In this document: positions 1 to 10,200 of the stretch, piece after piece | Layout: the number at the start of each line of letters is the position of its first letter | How positions within the stretch are numbered: the stretch's first letter is position 1 | DNA from: Amoebophrya sp. A120 | Taxonomy: Eukaryota > Protista > Dinoflagellata | Direction: 5' to 3' | DNA: 64,000 nucleotides | NCBI GenBank assembly: GCA_905178155.1 | Contig: CAJINV010000020.1 | Span: 1,178,001-1,242,000 of the forward strand | The notes under the pieces: model-generated | What the model saw: the letters and a program-made list of their open reading frames with translations, nothing else | The model's database searches: none | What the model was told of the DNA's origin: nothing | Made by a program: the position numbers and the translations under genes

Positions 1-409
1 CCATCGTGAGGTCTTCTTCTCCCTTCACGCTGCCGATCTGGCTTCCCCCAGTTCTTGTACCACCGCGTCGCTCTCCCCCACTACCTCGCTGTCGCCCCCT
101 ATGCAGTCGGAGTAGGGAAAACAGCCGCTCGTTCTCTTGCTCGTGCGCGAGAAAGACCAACGCGACCCACCAGAGGCAGGCGACGAACGGGATCAGCGTT
201 AGTGTGGCGAAAACGAGAAAGGTGATGCACATCGTGATCAGGTCAGGGATATTCGGTGTAAAAGCAACTCGTGCTCGTTGTTTTGTGTCGATCGCATCAG
301 TCATCCATGACAAATCTTCTTGTTGCTTGTTTCTATGTATACGGCGAAGGAAATCAGCAGTGCAAAAGCAAATTCATACAATTTTTCATACAGTATACTC
401 GCAAGCACG

Positions 410-1444
410 TTACTTTTGCAGTGCATAGGGAATGCCGCTCGTGGGAGAAGTTGTGGCAGTGGCGAGCCCTGTTTCAACGTGATCCGGCGGCTTTTCATCC
501 TTTCCTTTTCTTGCGGACGAGGAAGAAGCCGATGCGTCGTCGGTAGAACTTGAACTACTACTTGCTGCCGCTCCGCTGGTACTACTAGCACTACTTCCCG
601 TTGCACCGGTGGTGTGCAGCATGGAATCATCTTTTTCTTGGCCGATGTTGTCTATCACCTCCACGGGGGTTGGCGATGAGGCTTGATGTTGTTCCGCTAA
701 CGGTTTTGACGTTTTGGTTTTTGCTGCAAATGAAGAACTAGATGCAGCTGCTGCTCCACCTCCCGCACTTTGTACAGCCGCTGCTCCTTGCGACTGTGTT
801 CCACTGCTCTTTGCTGGAGCAGAATGGCTGGGCGTAGTCGGCAGCGGCACGGTGGCGCTAGGGGCAGGTGAAGAACTGCGAGTCTTTTGCTGCTCTTCCT
901 TCTCTTGCAAAGCGGAGCCAGGAGCTACGGTTGCGGTCGCTGGACGCTCTCCAGTGGAAGAAGGGACGACAGCAGCTTCTTCACGCCGAGGCTCTTGCTT
1001 CTCAACAAACGCAGAGGAAAAAAACGTACTGTCATCGGATGGTGCGGCACCAAAATCCGTTTGCTCATTCTGATTTTCTTTCATATTTTGCCCTTGTCTT
1101 GCCGTCTGCACTAATTTGCTGTTTCTACTGCTGGTCCGTTGTAAAGAGCCCGGAAACTCGTCAGGAACATCAAGCGACGTAGAGGCGATGCTCGGCCGGA
1201 GGCGTTCGTGTGCAGTTGTCGGAAGCAACAATTCGTCTTCGTACCCGATCACGACGTGGTTTTCCATGCGCGCAAGGGCGTAGCGCACAGGGAAACAGCA
1301 CTTGTGTATCATCATGAGCTCCTCCATGCAAACAGTGCAACACATCTTCAACAAGAGAAGCGCGGAGTTGGCTCGAAACATCTTTAGCTTGTACGGTTGT
1401 GCTATCTTTGCAAAGGAACTACTAAGAACTGAAACTGTCATCAT
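410..1444 (-). CDS. Low-complexity Ser/Ala-rich hypothetical protein (probably multi-exon, continuing toward position 1)
   Basis: 344-aa ORF on the gene-bearing strand; no recognised domain. Confidence 0.45.
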   Translation of the reverse strand: MMTVSVLSSSFAKIAQPYKLKMFRANSALLLLKMCCTVCMEELMMIHKCCFPVRYALARMENHVVIGYEDELLLPTTAHERLRPSIASTSLDVPDEFPGSLQRTSSRNSKLVQTARQGQNMKENQNEQTDFGAAPSDDSTFFSSAFVEKQEPRREEAAVVPSSTGERPATATVAPGSALQEKEEQQKTRSSSPAPSATVPLPTTPSHSAPAKSSGTQSQGAAAVQSAGGGAAAASSSSFAAKTKTSKPLAEQHQASSPTPVEVIDNIGQEKDDSMLHTTGATGSSASSTSGAAASSSSSSTDDASASSSSARKGKDEKPPDHVETGLATATTSPTSGIPYALQK

Positions 1445-4254
1445 ACAAAACTTGCGTTCTTCACTTCTGCTATAACATTTCTCTAGCTATTAGTAAGCCC
1501 AACTTTTATGGATGCTTCTGCACTACTGGCTGCTGTATTGGTTTTGTACCGCTGGTGCTGGGTTTGTATCCTTCAAAAATCGTTCCGCAATTAACGAACG
1601 ATTTTCACTTCCGAAAACGAAAACGACACGACAATCAAAAACGAAACACGATTTGGGTCGACTCTGGGCGGGCGCCACGACATGATCCCTCGGATGGCGC
1701 TCCGAGCAGGAGCAGAAGACTGCGCTTTTCATTGTAACGCCCGCACTAGTACTTTTTACCGAACGAAAACTAAGGTTACGCATGGCATGAGCCAATGAAT
1801 ACGGTGCATTGAAGACTCCATGATGCCGCTTCATATTCTTCATATTCTTGCAGTGTCGGCATTGTTTGCACTAGAGCAGCTGCGCAGCCGCAGGTGGGTG
1901 CTCCCAAGTGGCCGGCCTGAGTGGCGGTCGTTGTGTGCGACGCACGGCATGCACGACCATCCACCTAAACCCGGGTCCGTCCTCGTTGTAGCGTTCAACT
2001 TTAGAGCATAGATAGCGTATGTCGACCACGCCATGTTTGTTCGATAATTTCGATGCACTTTATTTCCTAGCGTTTTCCTTGCATGAAGGACTCTCGCCTA
2101 TCCCCGCGGCCCGGTAGTGCTTTACTTTTTCCCCCGTCTTGGTGCTTCGCGGTCGGATTCCGGTCGACCTTCCACGGCCGCGTAGCGTTGCTCCAGCTGC
2201 GTTTCGAGCTCCTTCTGCGCATCTGTTTGCGACTTCACGAGCTTCTCGACTTGCGTGGTGAGCTATCCAGCATGCAGTCCTTGCCCTCAACAACTTTAGG
2301 TTCGCCACTCGAGATGAAACTCATGTTGACAGTTTACAACCTACGTAAACAAATCGAATATCAGACACGTTTGTGCCTCAAAATCATGCAAGCTGCGACG
2401 GAACAGGCACTTCATCTTCACTCATAAACAGTATTGCAGACAACTACAAGAACTAAAAGGGTGCTACAAGTTGCGTCGTGCTGTGTGGGCAAGATATTTC
2501 AAACCGATACATCTCCCATGGTATAGTCGCGTAACTGCGGCTCCTCTTCGCGCAATCCCGTCCAGGCTGGCTCCCCATCCACATGGAACATGTTCTGTTG
2601 GTCGGAGGGATAGAAATATGCAGATCAACTTGTTGCTTTTAACATTTGCACAACACTTTCAGCATGTGTATCTGAACACGCATTCAGCAGAGTACGCGCA
2701 ACCACAATGACGAGAATGAACATCAGCGTATTGTTCTTCTTGTTGCTCTTGTTGATTGAGACGTAGTAGTACAACCAGAGCGAAAATATACATGAAATGT
2801 ACTCCTGTACCAGTATCGCCGCGAATTTCTGACACTCGAACGCATCCGGCGCTTCTCGTTCAGGAGCTCCTTCATCTTGCTTGCGTTATGAAAGGGCTGA
2901 AACCGAAAGCAACCAATGCTGTTTTTCGACGCAAAGAACAACAGCCACGCTGCCATGTTCCGATGTTTCCGCAAAATTAGAATGATGCCCACGACGCCAA
3001 TTCGTCATTGTTGTACTTCTACCCGTTCTTTTTCGTGCAATATACCATCGTATACCGCACTTTGGACGATCGGAACTTGCGAAAAAGTGCGTAATTGCAT
3101 CGATTTTTTCACTCCGTATGCACCTTGCACCGATGACATCCGGATCGGACTTGGTACTTCCACCGTACTCGACTAGACCCATGTTAGCCATGTTAGCATG
3201 CAGCTGCTTCATTATGGTAGTATACAAAGGGAAAGAAGATTTGTGATGCTCTGATGCGTACCATCGGAGACCAAAAAACAATCTCGAAAAACATCATGAA
3301 AAACACACACGGCTGCGCACCTGGACGCACCAAAGGATCTCCTGGATAGAGGCCGAAGTCAGTGCGCTGCAAAATAAACGTGGCTCATGATGATCTTAGG
3401 CATCTTTATTGTTCCTTCCCTTCGATACTTTTTCGACAGAGGGTCATCGAGTGACATTATCCTGGTCGTTCCGCCGGTGCCTTCGTTACGGTAATGGGAA
3501 AAGCTGAACGTATATGGTTGGTACGAGTAGAAGGTGGTGTCTTCCGCCTTTTTAACCTTTGAGGTCCCTGTATGGTATGTAAAATCACCCTCCGCTTTGC
3601 GCCCGTTGATGTGAATGCCGTGTAAGCACCTACAACTGTATCCCCATGCTTTCTTGTTCTGTCCTCACCCAGGTTTGATCATCCGACAACTTGCTGCAGC
3701 TGAGGATGATTTTTTTACATAGGATACGACTTCACCATTTCCAGAATGTCCCGATGATTCCGGCCAACCATGCTGGGAATGTACACTGGGCCAGGAGCGT
3801 AAAACGGAAACGCGGTGTATACTATTCAAATTTAGCATTACCGTACACGTAGAAGAAAGCGGCATCATAGCGACACTGCATGATATGCGGCGCGTCATGT
3901 GACTGCAACTACGTTAGCATCAACTGCAACTTCATCCAAAAAGACCAAAACGCTCACTGTTCTTTTCATCCACTTTGGTGACCGCCTCCCTTTATTCGCG
4001 CTTCTGCAGCTATGCACTGCGTTAGTGTTGCACGCAAGGGTAAGTCTAAGTGTACGATAAATCAACATTTCTTGCACATGCATATATCGCGCTCAAAATG
4101 TCTTTGATAAAAATTGTCTTTTTTCTGTTCAACTTCCCTTTTGGGGTTCCCGCCGTCGTCCTCAGCGATAAGAGAAGTACATGAGAAAGCCCAACTTCGT
4201 CCCCATATCCCAGACAATTTTAATGCATGTGCTTCCAGCTGCTCCATCCTGCAT

Positions 4255-7200
4255 TCATTTCTTTTCATTAACAACTCGACTGGACGACAGTGAGAAAGCA
4301 AGTTGTTTATGAGGACTCTGCCCATGTTTGCAGCGCTGGCGAATGTTGATCATACGCAGCGCTATCGACACAGAAACAAGCCTTCCAAGCAGTTCCAGCT
4401 TTCGGCGCTGCTGATGAACAACTACTTTTACATCAATAAAAACTCGACCCTTGGGCAGCGCAGAGCGGGACGACGAGTTTGAAGTTGTTTCAAAATCAAT
4501 TCTCATAACATGACTGGTTGCGCGGTAGGACAGGCCCGGGCACTGCGGGATATTCATTCCGGTGAGACGCACTTTAAACTCTTGGCAGGCCAACCTGATC
4601 CGCCTGGACACATTCTCATCTCCGAGATGCGTGGCACAGTCGCTGAGGGTCTGTTCCCAAGTTGACAAGTCGCGGAGCTTGCCCTTATTCCCTGAAAATT
4701 AACCATCCCCATCCACTTTTTGCATGACAAGCACAGACTTTCCTGCATGTTTTGCGTGACAAATTGGATGGGGATGGTTAATTGTTGTCGTGGAGAAGAG
4801 GTTCGTAAGTTATTTTGCTGAGCGACCGCACAAGCTCAGTACCCGTCACACACACGCGAGATCTTAGATCGTATTTTCCCACGAGGAATAGATCTTTTGG
4901 TAGGACCTGTGTATTCTAGGCATGTAGAACATATGGAGCACTGGCTACAAACCTGTAGTTTGTGCGCGTAGTGTCCACGTGTGAAACGGGTAGTGGCTTG
5001 GACGATTTATACAAATCGGGAGAGGGAGCTATCTATGGTTTTTGATATACGAAAACTGACCGAGTGTGGCGAACACAAGCCCAGAGCCAACACGTTTGGT
5101 GTGGGTGGGTGGGTTTTCAAAATAAAGTGTGAGTGTGGTGACCGGATGCTCACAGCCCCGACTTACGAACTACCATAGACAACTCCCACAATTGACGATC
5201 AACTATTTCCTTACGAAAACCTCAGATCTCATAATTGTTGTCGTAGAGAAGAGGTTCGTAAGTTATTTTGCTGAGCGACCGCACAAGCTCAGAACCCGTC
5301 ACACACACACGAGATCTTAGATCGTATTTTCCCACGAGGAATAGATCTTTTGGTAGGACCTGTGTACTCTAGGCATGTAGAACATATGGAGCACTGGCTA
5401 CAAACCTGTAGTTTGTGCGCTAGTTCCAAGGTATCCCAGAATAAAATGTGTGAAGGCAATCAAAGTGTGTACGGCTTCTCATAAATTGCAACATCTGTTC
5501 CTTGTCGAAAGGCAACGTCTACAGCTTTCGCAACGACTGCGCAATAGTCTTTTGTGGCACCGGCCCAGGAGCCTTGGCCGATTTTAAGCGGGATTGCGAC
5601 GGTGTCGAATTTGCTACGTGATAAAATGAAGTCGCAAAGTGCATTTTTGAATCTATACAGTCGGGCTTCTGCTGAATCGTCCTCAGTAAAGGCCTCTTCT
5701 GGTACAACGTCTGTAGGACGAGGAATTCTCGTTCCTGGGGATGTAGGCGCCCCTGGCCATACCATCGCGTAAATGTTTACTACTCGATTTATCAATTCCC
5801 ATTGTCCTAGTGGTTTTGCGGAGTATGGTTCGGAGTAGCGGTTGGCCAGAGGAAATCTTGCAAATAACTGCGCTGCTAATCCTTTAGGTTTGCAAGGGAC
5901 ACAGCATGTTATATGTACTATGTAATGCTCCTTGGCGTCACAAATGTCCTTGATTCTAAGTCTACTTCTGGCTAACTCAGGAAATTGGCGGAAGTAAGGC
6001 TTTTGTAGAATTTTTGTAATTTGTGAGCCTATCTCTGTTTTTTCTCTATCTATTCCCCAAAAGTGCAACGACACAGACGACAGCAAAACCCAGTCTTCCT
6101 CTGCTCCAAAGACCAGCGGGCTATGTGCTGTGCAAAACACTTTTGCTCCCTTCTTGTAGGTGCAGACTCCGGTAAAATTCGCCGCAAGACTGTAGAGCAT
6201 GGGGCTGATCATGGGCAGCATCAGTGCGAAGCGCGGTCTCTGTGCCATCGGGATTTTCATGAAATTCGACAAGAAGCGGGCGGCTACTACTGCAAGTTGT
6301 ATTGGTGGGAACCACCACGATCGTTTCTCGTAGAACAGGTCGAAGTTATCAAATGGATGACTGTTCGCGCAGTAGTATTCTGCGAACCGGTGGCTGTGTT
6401 GATCTGCAAAACAATCGACCTCGAGGCCTGGGAAATGCCGCATCACCATGCTCCATGACCGCTTACACAGAATTTTGCTGGGAAGGGGGTCTTTGAACGC
6501 GAACAAGTGGGCTTCGTGACGTGACAAAGCGTCCGCGATGATGTTCTCCTCACCAGCGATTTTTCCTGCTATTATCTCCGTGCCTGAGGCGGTAGCGAAA
6601 GCGGTGAGGTCGCGCGTGACTTTCTTCAGAATCGTTGTTGACGTGGAACCCTTGTTCGTCGTGCGTTTCGCGGTGGGGTTGTCTGTCTTGATTAACACCG
6701 CCTTCTTGTGAAAAAAGGCTTCCCCAAGCTTCTCTCGCGCGGCCTCCAACACATGAAGCACTGCCAAGGACTCCAATTCATTGATGCTGGCGGACTCTGT
6801 AGTAGCGAAGAGTGCATACTTTGATTGCGTTATCGAGAAAAAATTGGGCGTGCGCGTGGTGGACCTAGTCCAGGGGAGAGTAGGCCAGACGGACGGGTAG
6901 CTACCCCGAACTTGCTGGTAGTGAGTGGCGACCATACTAGGCGAAAGGGGCGTCCCCCATACCACCGACGCGGCTCTGCACGTAGGGGCAAAGGGAAAAC
7001 AGGGTAGCCAGAATATGGGTTGCTAAACACGTCAACTCGGGCGAAAAAGTGAAAATTCATATTCTTTGTAGTTTTTGACTACAGACAAATATATACCTGG
7101 AGCGCTGTCATCGAAGTCGCCCGCAAAGTACTGGTCTGACACTGTGCCGCCCCAGCCTCTGTTGCGTCTTTGGTCGCAATCCTTGGTGTCTCCTTTTGCT

Positions 7201-10200
7201 GCGTCCATGTAAACGCCTATAAACATGTCGCTACTTAAGGATGCAAAAAAGGCTTTTCCAAAGGCGAGCACTTCGCGTGACCAAATAAACGTTTGTTCTC
7301 CGTTGTAGAACATCTGCCTCGCGTGGTCCTCTTGCAGCAAATCTTCCCAGAGGTCCAAGTCGTCGAACACCGACTCGCTGATTGTCACCTGTGGGCTGAA
7401 CTGCTTGCTCAGCTTCGCCCACTGCTTCGGCGCTCCCGACTGTACCAGCACACGACTAAGCTCGTCCAGGGGACCTCTGGGGTGGATGAGTGCGCACGAT
7501 CCAAGCTTACCTTTGATGCTTGCGACGTCACGTGCCTTCGCTTCGTTATTCCTGCCTTTTTGCTTGAATTCCCTCACGGCTTTAAGGTGCTCTTCCCTGC
7601 GTGCTGGGTCCAGGATGATGTTGTACACTCTCGGGTCGGTGTTGAAGACGTTGCCTAGCCAGGGGAAGCTTGTGGACGGCTGGACTAGCTTCGATTCTTT
7701 GTGGTGGATTTTGATGCCCATCTTGGTCAAAATGTACACCGCTCTTTCCAGGTCAAACTTTGCTTTGTCGTAGTTCGGCCGTCCGTTCACTGGGTTGGTG
7801 ATGAAGCGAACATCATCCACGTAGTCGAGATATGGCGACGTTGCGCCGTTTCGCGCCACCGCGGCTAGGAAGGCCTTCACGAAGAAGTCACTTTCTTGTA
7901 TGCAAAGAAAAAAATCAGTGCTCTGTGTGATGCTGGACCTGGTCATGCAAAGGACAGGGCACTGATTTTTTTGCGATACCACCAGGAGCCGGTCCTATGC
8001 TAAATGGGCAATATAAATGCCCACCTTTCTGTGGTGTGGCTTCTAAATTTATTCCAAGCATCCTGCGGACGCGGGTATGTACTAGCCAGTGACCAAAGGA
8101 ATCTTTGAAATCAACCCCGCTGCCTAGTGAATTCGGCTTCAAGTGCAAGAACATGTCCCAGTACGTCTTGTAGTCAACTTCCGTGGAAAAAATCGACTGG
8201 TTGATGAGCGCCCATTCGGAACTATAATCGCTGATGACTCTGATCTTGTCGTCGCGTTGGAAAAGCAAATTTCCTGGCACACAAGTCAGGCCCGGAGGGT
8301 AGTCACAGAACTGGGCTTGTTCTCCCGCCTCGTTTTCCTGGGTTTTGACGTCGTACAAAATTATTTTCTTGTCCTCGAAGAACCGCTTGAACTCGCCGTT
8401 GTACACTTCCGGGTGCTGCTTGGCTGCTGGGTAGTTTTCGCACACGACGGGGTCAAGGTGTTCTGCGATCTGCTTGAACTTTATGCCGGTACATGCTTTT
8501 CTGAGTGCTTCTGGTGCGAGGCCGTAGCGGACGCATTCTGCTGGGTTGATGGTCAGACCTTCAAAGGCTTGATCATCCTCTGCTTTTCGCCATCTATCGT
8601 CTGGGCCATCTTGCTTCGCCAGCAGCGGCCTGACTTCTTCTCTCGTGATCGGTGCGCCTTCTTTGCGATAGTCATCAATCGAATACGGTGACACTGGCGC
8701 GAAGGCGTACGGGTCACCGTAGACGTTGGCTGGCGCCACCAGGCGGGAGAGGTCGATCTCGTCAATTTCATGCTGATAATGCTTTGGCGGCTTTGCTGGC
8801 TGCGGGAGATGCTGATCCCAGACTGCGGCGGGTGGCTGCGGCTTGAAATTCAGCCTGGGGCTTTCCCAGCACTCGTTGTACTGCCGCTCTGTATCCTTTT
8901 CGACCACTTTTCTCGTGGTGCCTCGTGCCGGAATGTGCACTTCTGGCAGCCTGCCTATTTGCACACCGCAAAACGATTTCTCATCGCGTTTTTGCTTCTT
9001 CGCGGCTCGACGATCGGCTTGCGCGTGTACTCTGGCTAGGGCTGCGGATCTCCCTATCTCGTAGCCGCAAAACATGGCTACCTCGAACACGATGCGAGGC
9101 ATCTAGAAGGGGTTTCGCATTATTAATCCTGTGTCTGGTCTATAAACAAAAAAGGAGTCTCTCTTTCTTCGTTCGTGCTCAATAATTGCGAGAATATTGG
9201 ACCTGCTTAGACAACATTGCGCGTCGGCGCATGCATCTCTGAGGTCTTGACGCACGCGCCCGCGAGCGACATCCTCGGGAGAAAATAGCCACGCATTTTT
9301 GTTTATCCAGTTAGTTTGAATTGTACATAATTGCTTATCAGAGCAAAGCGCACGCTGTGCTCTTAAGTTTCTATCGCTCCTGTGAGTGTTTTCCTGGTAG
9401 CGCCTTTCCTCTCTCGGCAAGCGCCTGATCAACTCTTGTGCTACTTGATACATCTCCTCATCAGCCTAAATGTGAATTGAAGAACATGACTGTGATGCGT
9501 AAAATGCGACAAGAAGAAAGAGTTTTGCGGAATAGAGACGACGACGATGAACAAACGAACTTGATAAGAATGCGGTCTTTTCTGATTGCCTGCATTTTTT
9601 TCATCGGGTGACTCAACTTTATCGCTCTTTGTGTATCGAAAAAGGATACTCAAGAGAATATTTTTTCAACAAAGATTCAAAGTGATGCTCACGATCGTTT
9701 TTGTTCAGTCGATGTGTGGGCGCAACACAGGTTCTTGGGGGCTCACAATCTCCTCATCAGAGCTCTCACTGCTCACATCAGCTTCGTTGTCGGACGAATG
9801 GTGGCTCGGTGGCAGGCTGCCTTCCCTGTGGTGAGATTTTTTGATGCGGGTCGCATGAGAAGTCGGCATGTGTGATGTGATTTTTTTGTGATATCCTGAT
9901 GCAAAATCATGTTGATCAAGAATTGCGATAAAGAAAAAACAAAACAACACACAAAAATATTGAGTACGGCTCTGGGTTTAATTCCAGGCATCGCACTACT
10001 GCCCGTCCGATGGCTCGTCCATGAGCATTAAAAAAGTTCCTCGCGGCGATCTGTGCTCCGACCAATCTTCCCACGCACCTGAATTAGTCATCATTGGTTG
10101 ATGGGTACGACGACTCGCTGGAGGAGTCTCTGGTTTTGTTTTTCAGATGCTCCGGGAGATCCCGCGGGTGCAGCAATTCCAGCAGCATTTTGTCACTCAA

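Noticed and set aside
2723-4250. Short fragmented minus-strand ORFs possibly from a gene or a decayed transposon
   Set aside because: No recognisable motif or consistent exon model could be supported by eye.
4779-5420. Two 189-bp direct repeats read as LTRs, a tandem duplication or CRISPR-like repeats
   Set aside because: Together with the A repeats they form the split-direct-repeat end of a YR element; there are no TG...CA ends, integrase, spacer array or cas genes.
6849-7041. Plus-strand GTGCGC start (group II intron 5' end), CCATACCAC (5S rRNA-like) and GAGCCG (domain V-like) in the structured element
   Set aside because: Far too short for a group II intron, no domain V hairpin, and no further 5S similarity; HDV and hammerhead cores were also not found by eye.
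6797-7982. Broken RT/RNase H ORFs read as a pseudogene or programmed frameshifts
   Set aside because: Each break is bounded by GT...AG, and removal restores conserved motif spacing in frame.
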